IMG/VR virus record: IMGVR_UViG_3300033144_005983
Span: 1-62,833 of that record
DNA from: a virus
Taxonomy: Duplodnaviria > Caudoviricetes
Length of the DNA: 62,833 nucleotides
Reading direction: 5' to 3' (one strand)
Below the pieces are notes generated by a model, which worked only from the letters and a program-made list of their open reading frames with translations, ran no database searches and was not told where the DNA came from. This document shows positions 27,258-37,823 of the stretch, piece after piece. Both the position numbers and the translations under genes were made by a program. Positions within the stretch are counted from its first letter, which is position 1, and each line of letters begins with the position of its first letter.

Positions 27258-27420
27258 CTTCTCTAGATTTTAAAACTCTTCTTAATCTATCAACAATTAC
27301 ATCACCATTACAAATAGAGCAGCACCTTCCATCTTTGACCAAAGGTTCTGCATTATGGCTTTCTCTTGCTTCCATTACGTCTCCGCAAATATCACAATTA
27401 GTTCTGTTATCTTTATTCAT
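27232..27420 (-). CDS. Small Zn-binding protein
   Basis: CDIC..HNAEP..GRCCSICN. Confidence 0.7.
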   Translation of the reverse strand: MNKDNRTNCDICGDVMEARESHNAEPLVKDGRCCSICNGDVIVDRLRRVLKSREDDKKEPKQ

Positions 27421-28049
27421 AACTTACTTCTTCTACGCCCATCTAGCCTCCATTTAGCTTTTCTCACTTGATATAATAGCTCTTTACCAGCAAACCTATG
27501 TATTTTAGCATGCTTAGATCTTACTTCAGCTATTATCTCCTGTTTAGTAAAATGTAAAGAGTTTAAAGCTCTACTAATAGCTTTATTATACTTACTAGTA
27601 GTCTTGGCACCAAAAACATTACTACCATTATCTGTAGTAGGTGGGCCAACTTGAAGAACTACAGTTCCACTTTCTTTCTTCCTCTTTTTATAAGGACCTC
27701 TTTTCTTACCAAGTTGAGCTGTCTTTCTTTTAGAAATCTCTTTAACCATTTCATCAGCTTCAGGAAGAATCTCAAAAATATTCTTTTCAAGATTAGATAC
27801 TCTAATATTTACATTACCTAACTGTCTTGCTAACTTCTCATTTTCCTCAATTAAAGTTTTTACCTTTTTATGAAAATAATCTATATTTAGACCAGGCTGG
27901 TTTCTAGTTTGTTCTTTCCAGTTACCCCATTCAATCAAATGTTTGTTTAAAGTATCTGCAACATCAGTTTCTGAATTTGTAGTTTCTCCATATTGTTTTT
28001 GCACCTGCAAAACTTTTAATACAGTTTCTATTAATTCTTCATTTGTCAT
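27417..28049 (-). CDS. Hypothetical coiled-coil/basic protein
   Basis: 210-aa ORF with a coiled coil and KRGPYKKRK basic patch. Confidence 0.7.
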   Translation of the reverse strand: MTNEELIETVLKVLQVQKQYGETTNSETDVADTLNKHLIEWGNWKEQTRNQPGLNIDYFHKKVKTLIEENEKLARQLGNVNIRVSNLEKNIFEILPEADEMVKEISKRKTAQLGKKRGPYKKRKKESGTVVLQVGPPTTDNGSNVFGAKTTSKYNKAISRALNSLHFTKQEIIAEVRSKHAKIHRFAGKELLYQVRKAKWRLDGRRRSKL

Positions 28050-28246
28050 TCTTTCTTACATTTAAAAATTAAAAAATAACAGACATAAATAGATGCCAAT
28101 TAATTAAGCACTACTGAGAGGTTAAAGAATTGTTAGCTCTATTTTATGTCTGCAATGAATCCTACGAACTCTCCGTATAGGGAGCTACATATGAGACTTT
28201 TTGTTGTGTAACATTTTGTCTCTATATAGCCTCCCATTGGAGTTTC

Positions 28247-28468
28247 TCAATCCATTGTATAATCATCAGGTAACTTACCTGATGAATTTGTAGTTTTATC
28301 ATCCCATACCTTGCTCATTTTTGCAGGATAATCAACAATATGCTCTACTTCATCTCCTGGATCGGAGATAATTACTACTATCGTTTTTAGAGTTTCTGCT
28401 ATACTTTCAAGGGATCTTCTAATCCCAGGCAGATCTCTCTCATACATAATTTGTTCATACTTAGTCAT
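28247..28468 (-). CDS. Hypothetical protein
   Basis: 73-aa ORF 2 nt after the VWA gene. Confidence 0.6.
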   Translation of the reverse strand: MTKYEQIMYERDLPGIRRSLESIAETLKTIVVIISDPGDEVEHIVDYPAKMSKVWDDKTTNSSGKLPDDYTMD

Positions 28469-28470
28469 AA

Positions 28471-29952
28471 TTAAAATTTTCTTCCTGGTTCTATATAGTA
28501 ATATTTCCTATCATAACTACCATCATGTTCTACAATTTTAGAATGGTAAAACTTACCAGTATCCCAATACACATACTTATTTTTAGCAACCATTCTAGCT
28601 AAAGGAACGCTCTTATCACAAACAGAACCACAATATCCTCCACCTCCTGATATATTTATCATATAAGCTTTTTCAGAATGCTGTAGCATACTTGCATGTC
28701 CATCTGTAATGATAATTCCAGGTCTTCCTATCTTTTTGATATTTTTAATTATTTGAGTAAAATCAGTTCCACCTCCTAAACGAGAAGTAAGCAAATTAGC
28801 AAAACTAATTTTTTGCAAAGAATTATCAAAAAGATAAATATCTCTAAGCATCCCTAATTTATGCAACTTAAGAGCAATAAAACGTACTAAAAGTCTTTGT
28901 CTAATACTTTTATTGTTTCCTAAAGAACATGTACCTGTCATAGAAGCGCTATCATCAAGATAAACATCAAAGTTCATATGATACTTAGTAGTCTTAACAA
29001 ATAGATCTCTATAAAGAGCAGGATGAATTAAATTTTCTATCCCTTCTATCTCATCAATCTCCTCTGCTTCAAAGATACTCTCCTGATAAACCTTGGGAAC
29101 ACCTCCCAAAGATTCAGTAGAAGAATCAATTACTTTATCAACAAACTTATTAATAGACTTACCACTTACAGCTACAGCTTTCATAATATCAGGATCAAGA
29201 TATACATCTATATAATCCAATTCAGCTGTAGTATCACCTGCAGAATTTCCCATAAACTCACGATATTTATCAATATCCTTTTTAGCCTGACGAATTCCAC
29301 TTTGAATACCTTTCTCAAGTTTATCTTTGAGCTGTAAAGTTAAGTCCTTAATAGCATCTCTTTCATTCTTTTCATCATCTCCTCCACAATAATATGGCAT
29401 AAAAGATTTACCATCAAAAGAGTCTTTAACTGCTTCCCACAATCCTTCTTTACTCAAAAAATCTCTTAAAGCCCATTGTGTTTGACAAACATCAGTCTGA
29501 AACTTCTGCAATATATTATTAAACTTCTTGCATATTGCAATAGTTGTAAGGACACTATAAAGAACTCGAGAATCAGTTATTGTTTTCAATAACCAATTAT
29601 CCATCTTACTTAAAAGATAATGCCAGTGATAATCATTAGGAGTTACATTTACTATATGACTATATGCTTTATAGAAATACTTAAATATATCAAGTATATG
29701 TTTATCTTCCATTAAAACATCTCCCTTAATACTCTTTTTTACTAAACGTAGTACTTTATCAGATAAATAACTACGTATAGGAGGATCAATGATACAATCA
29801 TCTTGTTTCATATCCCGAAATATTGTATTTACATCAAACAAGCTTGCTTGATATTCATACGAATTTAAATTAGCTTGGCTACTATAGGGATCTACATAAT
29901 CCCCATAGCCATAGCCATCTTCATAACTATATGTTGTATAGTCTTTATCCAT
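28471..29952 (-). CDS. VWA (MIDAS) domain protein, partner of the MoxR ATPase
   Basis: YLDDSASM (DxSxS), GGGTDF, IIITDG; abuts the MoxR gene. Confidence 0.85.
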   Translation of the reverse strand: MDKDYTTYSYEDGYGYGDYVDPYSSQANLNSYEYQASLFDVNTIFRDMKQDDCIIDPPIRSYLSDKVLRLVKKSIKGDVLMEDKHILDIFKYFYKAYSHIVNVTPNDYHWHYLLSKMDNWLLKTITDSRVLYSVLTTIAICKKFNNILQKFQTDVCQTQWALRDFLSKEGLWEAVKDSFDGKSFMPYYCGGDDEKNERDAIKDLTLQLKDKLEKGIQSGIRQAKKDIDKYREFMGNSAGDTTAELDYIDVYLDPDIMKAVAVSGKSINKFVDKVIDSSTESLGGVPKVYQESIFEAEEIDEIEGIENLIHPALYRDLFVKTTKYHMNFDVYLDDSASMTGTCSLGNNKSIRQRLLVRFIALKLHKLGMLRDIYLFDNSLQKISFANLLTSRLGGGTDFTQIIKNIKKIGRPGIIITDGHASMLQHSEKAYMINISGGGGYCGSVCDKSVPLARMVAKNKYVYWDTGKFYHSKIVEHDGSYDRKYYYIEPGRKF

Positions 29953-30993
29953 TTATTCAGTATTTTCTTTGTCAAAAATTTCTTCATGCTCTGTTCCTGC
30001 ATAGTTTTCACCTATATAGTCCTGTAATTCAACCATTAATTCACCAGATTTCTTTTTATAGGTAGTCATTTCACCTAATTCCTTGATATCTGTAATTAAT
30101 TGAGTTAAATACATTTGAGCATAAGACTTGTCATTACCGTTTATAACAGTACTTAAAGATTTAATCTGACTTCTTAAAGATGCAACCCGTGCAGTCTCCA
30201 ATTTACCAGATAGATCAGCTACTTTAGTAGGACATACAAATTCGCATGTCTTCATAAGAGCTTCAACATCTTCTAAACCATATATTGCTTTAATAGCCTT
30301 AGCTACAGTCGGCAAATAAGAAGCAGTTCTATCAGAAGTAGCATCATAGACAACATTTAACATGGTCTCTACTTTAGATTTATGAATTTGAGTTCCTATA
30401 ATTTCTCTACCTGAAGGAATATTAATACGTACATCTTTCATTGTCATATCTTTCCAATAGTTAACAATACCATCTATACCAACACGTTCTACCTTATAGG
30501 TAAGCACAAATCTATCCCAAAAAGGACTATCTGATTCATCATCAGGAATCTCATTACAACTTGCAGCTAAAACTTTCCATTTACATGGAATTACTTTATC
30601 TCCAAAGAAAAGAGTTCTTTCCCTCATTAATGACAACATAGTATTTCTAATTCCAGAATTACATTTATCAACTTCATTTAGTAAAATATACTCAGCATCA
30701 GCTATAGGAGCTTCTACTTCATATTTCTTATCTTCAAGAAGAGTCTTCATATTTACTCTACCTTTAACTTCAGAAGTTTTAGTCCCTTCATCCAATTCAA
30801 TTATAAAGCTCTTTTGTAAAGCTTCTTCTTTATCACCATAAATGGCAGTTGCATAGTCCAACAAAGCTTGGGTTTTACCAACACCTGGAGGGCCTAATAA
30901 TAATACAGGAAGTTTTAAAGCTTCTCCTAAAGCTAGTACTTTAAAGATTTCATCTTTGCCATACATTTTAGTTTTTACAATTCTCTCTTGCAT
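29953..30993 (-). CDS. MoxR-family AAA+ ATPase (RavA-like)
   Basis: GPPGVGKT, LLNEVDK (variant Walker B), ASCNE, PFWDRF. Confidence 0.88.
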   Translation of the reverse strand: MQERIVKTKMYGKDEIFKVLALGEALKLPVLLLGPPGVGKTQALLDYATAIYGDKEEALQKSFIIELDEGTKTSEVKGRVNMKTLLEDKKYEVEAPIADAEYILLNEVDKCNSGIRNTMLSLMRERTLFFGDKVIPCKWKVLAASCNEIPDDESDSPFWDRFVLTYKVERVGIDGIVNYWKDMTMKDVRINIPSGREIIGTQIHKSKVETMLNVVYDATSDRTASYLPTVAKAIKAIYGLEDVEALMKTCEFVCPTKVADLSGKLETARVASLRSQIKSLSTVINGNDKSYAQMYLTQLITDIKELGEMTTYKKKSGELMVELQDYIGENYAGTEHEEIFDKENTE

Positions 30994-31023
30994 TTAAATA
31001 ATTTTAAAATGTTAATTAATTAA

Positions 31024-31566
31024 TTAATCTTGCTTCTTAAGCACTCGATGTACTTCCCTATCATACCTATAAATCTCATCCTTTGGATACGGCAGATCCC
31101 ATACTTCATTTTCTTTAGGTAATTTTGTATTTAAAACTTTTTCCCAATAAACTTTAAGCTCAGGATCTTTAAACAATACTTTATAAATATTAGAACCTTT
31201 TTTAAATAGAGCTTTATACTTTTTACTAAATTGAGAATATTTCCCAATTTTAAATAAATCGTAATCATTTTTAAACTCATCAGGAATTTTAAATACAAAC
31301 ATTACTTGTCCCCGCTGTTCACCAACATCATATACATCTACACATAATGGATGTTCTTCTAATCTTGTTTCATAACTAATATACTGTTGTGTAAATCTAG
31401 GTTTGTATAAACCATATACACAATAGTCATAAAGACATTCATACCCATGATCAGCTAAGTAAAGATTTTTAAATCCATAAGATTTATAATAAGCTCCTAA
31501 TACTTCTTCAATCATTGGTAAAAGAAACAAAGTAGACTTAGTCCAGTTGTCCATTTTTGTTTTCAT
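31024..31566 (-). CDS. Hypothetical replication-module protein
   Basis: KSTLFLLPM..FKIP..DYDLFKIGKYSQFS pattern; position typical of crAss-like/flavophage replication blocks (from recall). Confidence 0.7.
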   Translation of the reverse strand: MKTKMDNWTKSTLFLLPMIEEVLGAYYKSYGFKNLYLADHGYECLYDYCVYGLYKPRFTQQYISYETRLEEHPLCVDVYDVGEQRGQVMFVFKIPDEFKNDYDLFKIGKYSQFSKKYKALFKKGSNIYKVLFKDPELKVYWEKVLNTKLPKENEVWDLPYPKDEIYRYDREVHRVLKKQD

Positions 31567-31568
31567 AG

Positions 31569-32654
31569 CTACTCGTTTTCTAGAGGTACTATACTGTAAG
31601 TACTTCTTTCATCAAATAAATCTAATTCTACTCCATCTACTCTAGCTAATGCCATCTCTCGTCGTATATCCCATCTATTATTATGTTGATGCCACTTAAG
31701 ATCCTCAATAAGATCACAGACTCCTTTAATATATTTAGCACTGTTTTTTAAATATCCTCCGTGTAATCCTACAGTAATATCATTTGAAGTACATTTATAG
31801 ACTAAAGGTGGAGTATAACACGCAGTTTCAGCTACTATAAATCTAAAGTTATCTATTTTATAGTCTTTGATTCGCCTGTCTTTTAACTTCCAACTTTCAA
31901 GAGCTCTCATATAGAAAGCTGCTTGCCTAAAGTATCCGTATTTAAGAACACTTTGATGAAAAGAATATGCAGATTTACCTGTTGTCTTTAAATCCATAGG
32001 ATGTATCATTTGTGCATTATGATTTACTAAGACCTTATCTAAATGAGAAACAGCATCATAGCCACGATACTTCCATTCTATTTCAAGTTGATCATATGTA
32101 TCAATATCAGGATCAGCAGACATTTCTAAAATCCATTTTTTAGTAAGATCTCCTGTTTGAAGAGCTAATACTATACGTGATACAATTTGATCTTCTTCAG
32201 CAGAAATAGGTATTCTTTCATCTGCTACTAATTGCTCATTAAAATAACCCTGAATTTCAGGTTTAGTTTCAAAGTTCTTAATTACAGTCTCTGCTTTAGT
32301 TTTATACCCAGCTCGAACATGCGCATCTAGATAGTAAATCTCCCAATCTTCAATAGATATATCATGAATACCACGATCTTTAACTGACTCTAGTAGGTGA
32401 TCTACAAAATCACCCATCATTCCTGCAGGTCTTTGATGAACTACAAGCCTATACTTATTATAGAAGCTTTCGCTTCCAGTCAGAACATAATCTACCGCAG
32501 ATCCTATTCTGAAGTGCCGAGCATCAATCTGCTCGGGATCTTCAATTCTTCTTTTATAATCAATAGGATTCCAGGCAAGAAGATTTAGCCCGCTTATACT
32601 TATTCTATGATTCAACAACGTTTTCGGCTGTGATATTGATTCCATTACTTTCAT
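31569..32654 (-). CDS. PD-(D/E)XK exonuclease (RecE/ExoVIII-like)
   Basis: S.SGL, GSAVD, SHLDKV..MDLKTT, GYFRQAAFY, FRFIVAE. Confidence 0.85.
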   Translation of the reverse strand: MKVMESISQPKTLLNHRISISGLNLLAWNPIDYKRRIEDPEQIDARHFRIGSAVDYVLTGSESFYNKYRLVVHQRPAGMMGDFVDHLLESVKDRGIHDISIEDWEIYYLDAHVRAGYKTKAETVIKNFETKPEIQGYFNEQLVADERIPISAEEDQIVSRIVLALQTGDLTKKWILEMSADPDIDTYDQLEIEWKYRGYDAVSHLDKVLVNHNAQMIHPMDLKTTGKSAYSFHQSVLKYGYFRQAAFYMRALESWKLKDRRIKDYKIDNFRFIVAETACYTPPLVYKCTSNDITVGLHGGYLKNSAKYIKGVCDLIEDLKWHQHNNRWDIRREMALARVDGVELDLFDERSTYSIVPLENE

Positions 32655-33225
32655 ATTTTGTAAGCTTTATATTAAAAATTAATTTTCTTTCATCCGATTC
32701 AACGTAATTTACTTGGCCTACGCTTCTTACGTAGTTTACGCTGTCATCTGGAATCTTTTTATACTCAACTAAAGTATCCATAAACCACTTTGTCCATGGC
32801 CATAGATTATCTAAATCCCAATTTGCTTCTCCAATAGGTCTATATAAATTAAGACACACATGTACATAATGATCTTTAGGAATAACTATTTTAGGTAATT
32901 TCCTTACATACTTAGAAAAATACTCATGTACCCATCTTGTTACCTTAGATCGTGCTGTATAATGTAATGTACCATCATATAGTCTTTGACCATTAATAGT
33001 CCAATACTTAGGTGTACCCGCTGATCTTGGATTTGCCAAAAGACGTTCTCCTTTTTCATCTACTAAAACATTATCTGGATTCCATTTATAAGAACCATTT
33101 GCTAATTTAGTTTGATTGCGTTTACTTAAAGGATGTCTATCCTTTTGGATATACTTAGCTCTTCTCTTAAGAGATAAAGGAACTTTATCAATATAGTCAG
33201 AAATTTCAACTGTCCATTCTTTCAT
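32605..33225 (-). CDS. RusA-like Holliday junction resolvase
   Basis: WDLDNL..KWFMDTL...IPDDS. Confidence 0.7.
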   Translation of the reverse strand: MKEWTVEISDYIDKVPLSLKRRAKYIQKDRHPLSKRNQTKLANGSYKWNPDNVLVDEKGERLLANPRSAGTPKYWTINGQRLYDGTLHYTARSKVTRWVHEYFSKYVRKLPKIVIPKDHYVHVCLNLYRPIGEANWDLDNLWPWTKWFMDTLVEYKKIPDDSVNYVRSVGQVNYVESDERKLIFNIKLTKYESNGINITAENVVES

Positions 33226-34267
33226 ATTTTTTGATTTTACGTGTTAAAAGATTAAGAGTTTCCTCTTTTCCATACATAGCGTAGAAATCACTAATATCCT
33301 TACACTCACTTTCCACAGAAATTATTATATTCATCAAATTATCTTTACTAAAATAAGATGATAATTGACTATATAATTTAGCTGCTCCTCGAATACCTGC
33401 TTCATCATTATCAAACAATATATAAATTTTATCGAATTTTACAAAAAAATCTTCTATGATCGCTTCACTTAAATGTTGCGTTTCTCCTTGTGGAGCAACA
33501 GCTTTATAACCCATTTCATACAAACACATTACATCTTTCATCGATTTAGTAATGATTAAATCATTTTCCTCTTTAAGCCATGGTAACCTTCCTTGAATAG
33601 TATCAGACGTAGTATTAGACAACCACCTAAAATTAAAAGCTAGTGGTCTATATACTTTTATTCTACTATTAGGAAAGACATAACAATAAACAGGACAATG
33701 ACTATTATAATACATAACCAATTGTTTACGAAGAAATACATATTTAGCTGAATAAACATTGAACTTAACTAAAGTGTCTTTAGTGACACCATATTGCATC
33801 CAATAACCTATATCATGAGAAGTAAATAACTGAGGCTTGAATTGTATTTGAGTATTCTTACTCTTAAACTTTTCTTTAAACTCAGTATAGTCTAACTTTT
33901 CACGTTTAGCTAAAATTGTATATACATTTCCTTTTCTTTCTGCAAAACTTCCAAATCCCAGAGAAAAATCTCTATTAATAATTTGAAGTCCTTCATAAAA
34001 ACCAACTCGGTACATATTCATAACAAGATCAAAACAACTACCTTGACTGCCATTAAAGTCCTTATAACAAAGTTCTCCTCTGGAATTATAGTAAAGACCA
34101 AATGTAGGCTTCCTATCATCCCTCAAAGGACTCAGATATAACTTCTTACATGCAAAATCAAAACCAAGATAATGTCTAAAGATCTCTTCTGGAGAAATAG
34201 CATTTAGGATATTAACTTTAGTTATTGGTACAAACTCTTTTATATTATTAAAATCATATTTACCCAT
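33206..34267 (-). CDS. dnaG: DNA primase (TOPRIM)
   Basis: SPLRDDRKPTF, YKDF, ITKSMKDVMCL, FDNDEAG, KDISD; crAss-type primase. Confidence 0.9.
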   Translation of the reverse strand: MGKYDFNNIKEFVPITKVNILNAISPEEIFRHYLGFDFACKKLYLSPLRDDRKPTFGLYYNSRGELCYKDFNGSQGSCFDLVMNMYRVGFYEGLQIINRDFSLGFGSFAERKGNVYTILAKREKLDYTEFKEKFKSKNTQIQFKPQLFTSHDIGYWMQYGVTKDTLVKFNVYSAKYVFLRKQLVMYYNSHCPVYCYVFPNSRIKVYRPLAFNFRWLSNTTSDTIQGRLPWLKEENDLIITKSMKDVMCLYEMGYKAVAPQGETQHLSEAIIEDFFVKFDKIYILFDNDEAGIRGAAKLYSQLSSYFSKDNLMNIIISVESECKDISDFYAMYGKEETLNLLTRKIKKYERMDS

Positions 34268-34280
34268 AACTTTTGTAATA

Positions 34281-34383
34281 AAGATAAGGAAAAAGATTTA
34301 CCTCATAATTGAACTACGTGGCATTAACCTTGTTCGCCCACTATGTTAATCCTAACTGGATTAGGATCTTTATTCCTTATCTT
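34281..34383 (-). promoter_or_regulatory. Structured RNA element in the primase leader
   Basis: Outer inverted repeat AAGATAAGGAA/TTCCTTATCTT encloses two hairpins and a possible pseudoknot. Confidence 0.45.
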
Positions 34384-34399
34384 ATTAACAACCTAAAAT

Positions 34400-34936
34400 C
34401 TAAAATGGTAGAATTTCTTCATCACTACTACTTACTTCTGCAGTAGCCAACGAAGCAGCTTTTTCTAACTTATCAATATTGTTCATCTTTAATTTAGACT
34501 CAGCTAAAGAAGAGTAAGTTACTTTTAGTCTTACAGCAGTAGTTGAAATATCATCTTTATTAGCATCTAAAGTTTTACAAACAGACTCACATAAAGACTT
34601 CCAATCTGTTGCAGTAATAACAAAGTCATTAGGATCAACAAATTTAGTACAAATATGTTTAATCCTTTGAAGAAGATTACTAAGCTTACGATCAGAAGCT
34701 TCTTCTTGAGTTTCACCTGCTTTAGGAGTTACTCTATCAGGATCTACATCCCATTCAGTATGGCTTAATGTAGCTTTCTTAGAGTCTGTAAATCCAAACC
34801 AAAGATAAGTACTACCATTACTGGCTTCTTTCACTTCCCATCCAGTTAAGTGACAATCTTCATTAATACCAATAGGAATAATGCTTGAACCATTTCCTTC
34901 TTGGACTGCGGTATTTTGATTAATTGAATAATTCAT
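34400..34936 (-). CDS. Putative single-stranded DNA-binding protein
   Basis: Beta-rich N-terminus, acidic tail ending SSDEEILPF, located next to primase. Confidence 0.7.
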   Translation of the reverse strand: MNYSINQNTAVQEGNGSSIIPIGINEDCHLTGWEVKEASNGSTYLWFGFTDSKKATLSHTEWDVDPDRVTPKAGETQEEASDRKLSNLLQRIKHICTKFVDPNDFVITATDWKSLCESVCKTLDANKDDISTTAVRLKVTYSSLAESKLKMNNIDKLEKAASLATAEVSSSDEEILPF

Positions 34937-34964
34937 TTTTTTTATTTTTTAAAGTTAGTTAATA

Positions 34965-35555
34965 TTAAAACATGTCAAGTTCCTCCTCCTCATCGTCTTG
35001 GGCTATTCCATCTACGACAGGTTGAGTTTTAAATTCAGGTGTACTTGCATTCACCTCTTTTTCCAATTCTTCATCAGTACCAGCTACAAATTGCTGAGCA
35101 TCGTCTTTTGTTGCTTCAGCAGTAACTTCTCTTTCTACGAGCTTATATCCTCTATCATCATCATCATTTGCTGAATTATTATCCAATTCAAATAGTTGAT
35201 AGCCTTCAAAAGCATCGGTAATTGGTTCAGGATCTACCATTATAACATGTTCTTCTGTTAATGGAAATCCTAATAAGTTTCTAATATCCCTATTATGAGG
35301 CATATTAAATAACCTTCCTTGTTTATTCACAGACACGCCATCACCGTCAATAGATGCATAAACACAACATTGAACAGCTTCACCTGCTTCAGAATAAGCA
35401 AAACCAATTTTATTAGCGCCAACTACACCAGCTTTTATGCCTAATGCAGATACTAATGCAGGAGATAATTTTATGTGACCAGTCTCCTGTATGGTCATAC
35501 AAAGAGAATTACCGTGGGCATTCCCTCTTTCTACTCGTTTACCTAATAGTTTCAT
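34965..35555 (-). CDS. Hypothetical protein with acidic C-terminal tail
   Basis: Ends DDEEEELDMF. Confidence 0.75.
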   Translation of the reverse strand: MKLLGKRVERGNAHGNSLCMTIQETGHIKLSPALVSALGIKAGVVGANKIGFAYSEAGEAVQCCVYASIDGDGVSVNKQGRLFNMPHNRDIRNLLGFPLTEEHVIMVDPEPITDAFEGYQLFELDNNSANDDDDRGYKLVEREVTAEATKDDAQQFVAGTDEELEKEVNASTPEFKTQPVVDGIAQDDEEEELDMF

Positions 35556-35574
35556 TTAATAAATTTTATAATGA

Positions 35575-36183
35575 TTAATTAATTACAACAGCTCCTTCCG
35601 CATCTACAGTATGTGCTACCTTCATAACTTCAGCTATTTCAGCAGTTTCATAGATACCTAATAATGCATCAGGTGCAACAAATCGAGCTCCTATCGCCAA
35701 AGCTCTGCTCCTCAACATGATTTGAGGCATTCTTTTCCAATTATCTTTAACTGTGAGTCCCTGTGCTTGGGCTTCTTTCCACGTAAAGCTAATATCATTT
35801 TCGATAGTTTCTCCATGCCATCTTTTAAAGAATCTGATAGTAGTTATTTTATCAACTACTTTACCATCTCTTTCTACATTTTCACAATCCTTTATTAACT
35901 TCCATACAATGCCTGCTCTTGCTAGAAGTGCAGCTATCGCATGAACTGATAATGTAGGCTTGCCTTGAATGACATGCAAATTACTAAGAGAAGTCATAGG
36001 ATCAAATCCTAATTCCTTTCCTTGTGTTACAGCTGCAACTACCTTTTCAGGTGTATTATAGGCTGGCGGTAACATTTTACTTTTAATAAGAGTTTCAGCA
36101 AAACCCATCATATCTCCAATATCATTGAAGTCATTGAATTTAGCTACTCTTTCTTCTTTTACAGCTAATTTATTCTTGTCCAT
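35575..36183 (-). CDS. ssDNA-annealing recombinase (RecT/Redbeta-like)
   Basis: GKELGFDPM..LHVIQGKP, AQAQGL..KDNWKRMPQIMLRSRA..GIYE..E. Confidence 0.8.
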   Translation of the reverse strand: MDKNKLAVKEERVAKFNDFNDIGDMMGFAETLIKSKMLPPAYNTPEKVVAAVTQGKELGFDPMTSLSNLHVIQGKPTLSVHAIAALLARAGIVWKLIKDCENVERDGKVVDKITTIRFFKRWHGETIENDISFTWKEAQAQGLTVKDNWKRMPQIMLRSRALAIGARFVAPDALLGIYETAEIAEVMKVAHTVDAEGAVVIN

Positions 36184-37204
36184 TTAGTTGTTCTTTTTCT
36201 TGATTAACAAATTGTAATTCACCAGGGTTAAAATATTCGTCCACCCTGTTGTACTTTAAATTATCCACCATACTCATAATAAGACCACCTTCGCCATCTC
36301 TATTTTTAATTAAATGCCAATAGATCATAGCAATGTTCTTATTAAGTGGATTAAGCACAGGAAGTTTCTTAGGTCCATAGACCTGAAGATTCAGCATACA
36401 TGGTTTATGTGATATAAGTACATAATCAGAGCCATGAAATACTGAGTCACTACCAAAGAGATCTTTCTTCATAGGATAATGAACTTGAGGATTACTCACT
36501 CGTTCATTACTTTCAATATCCCTATTCAATTGACTTAATATTACAAAGATGCATTTGATATGCTTTTTTACAGTCATACACATCTTATATAAACTAACCA
36601 ATATCTCTCTTTCAGATTGACTTTGTCTTCCTTTAGTTAAAAGAGTATGATCTAACATAATAACTGTTCCATAACCAAGTCCTTTTTTAGTTAATTGACC
36701 TTTATGGAATTTCATTATCGTATTATACATCTCTTCAACTGTTCCAGGAGTATCCACATAAAATATATCATATTGTGCAGATATTTCCCTTGCAAGTTTT
36801 TGGGCTTTAGCGTAATGTTCATCGCTTAAAGCTTCTCTCGCCGAGTACAGATCTTGAACTGTCATATTCATTTTGGAAGAAATTTTCCTTCCTACTTGCT
36901 TTGGAGCAAGCATCTCAAAATTAAAACTAAGAACCGAAAACTTTTCAGTTGGATTCTTATCAAATAAACTTGTTTCAAGTTCGTTTCCAATAGATGACTT
37001 ACCGCATCCTGACATACCAGCTATAGTAATGATAGTGTTCCAATCAATTCCTCCCATTGCAGAGTTATTAAATTTAGCCCACCGTGTCATTAATGATCGC
37101 TGAAGTCCATGCCTTCTATCATCCATATACTTCATAAGTTCCTTTGCAGGATCTTGTATATGTTTATATTGTAAAACTCGATTATTATAAAACCTTTCCT
37201 CCAT
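36170..37204 (-). CDS. dnaB: DnaB-like replicative helicase
   Basis: IAGMSGCGKS, FNFEM, LDH, LSQLNR, DLFGSD, IKNRDG. Confidence 0.9.
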   Translation of the reverse strand: MEERFYNNRVLQYKHIQDPAKELMKYMDDRRHGLQRSLMTRWAKFNNSAMGGIDWNTIITIAGMSGCGKSSIGNELETSLFDKNPTEKFSVLSFNFEMLAPKQVGRKISSKMNMTVQDLYSAREALSDEHYAKAQKLAREISAQYDIFYVDTPGTVEEMYNTIMKFHKGQLTKKGLGYGTVIMLDHTLLTKGRQSQSEREILVSLYKMCMTVKKHIKCIFVILSQLNRDIESNERVSNPQVHYPMKKDLFGSDSVFHGSDYVLISHKPCMLNLQVYGPKKLPVLNPLNKNIAMIYWHLIKNRDGEGGLIMSMVDNLKYNRVDEYFNPGELQFVNQEKEQLNGQE

Positions 37205-37823
37205 AATCTACAGTATTATCAGTCTTATTACTAGATTTCAAATCCTCAAGATACGGAGCAAAACATTCTTCTCCTAACCAGTTCTTCATACTTTTCATCC
37301 ACTTCATATCACCATTACTATCTCTCATTTTAAGTTCATGTTTTAAAGCACGAAGAATATCTCCTGCTTTATAACCTTTCTTTAAAAGTTTAAGATAAGT
37401 GACTTTAGAGTCTTTAGCTCCTTGCTTAAGAAACATTTCCTTACCATTAGGTCGTGTAACTTTAACAGGATAAGCTTTCTGAAACTCATTGAAGTCTTTT
37501 CCTTGAACATCGTTCATTAAATCCTCCATATCATCTATATCAATGAAGGGATTGTTTGCCTTTGCTACATCAAAATTATCTACAAGAGCATGAATAAAAT
37601 CTTTTCCCTTATCGGTTGCTGTATATTCTTCAGCATTATTATAAGCTATATGCTCACGTTTCAGTAATGCCTGATAATCAGTCCAATCCATAACATTACC
37701 AACCTTTTGATACTCATTCAAAAGGGCTCTGTCATGTACTAAACTATACAGGATAAAATATTGGGCAAGATTCATTCTATGCTCTATTAACATTTCAATA
37801 AAAGGTTTTCCAAATGCTATCAT
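37185..37823 (-). CDS. Putative replication initiator/helicase loader
   Basis: wHTH-like N-terminus, FNEFQKAYP..K and WMKSMKNWL; overlaps the DnaB gene start. Confidence 0.6.
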   Translation of the reverse strand: MIAFGKPFIEMLIEHRMNLAQYFILYSLVHDRALLNEYQKVGNVMDWTDYQALLKREHIAYNNAEEYTATDKGKDFIHALVDNFDVAKANNPFIDIDDMEDLMNDVQGKDFNEFQKAYPVKVTRPNGKEMFLKQGAKDSKVTYLKLLKKGYKAGDILRALKHELKMRDSNGDMKWMKSMKNWLGEECFAPYLEDLKSSNKTDNTVDYGGKVL

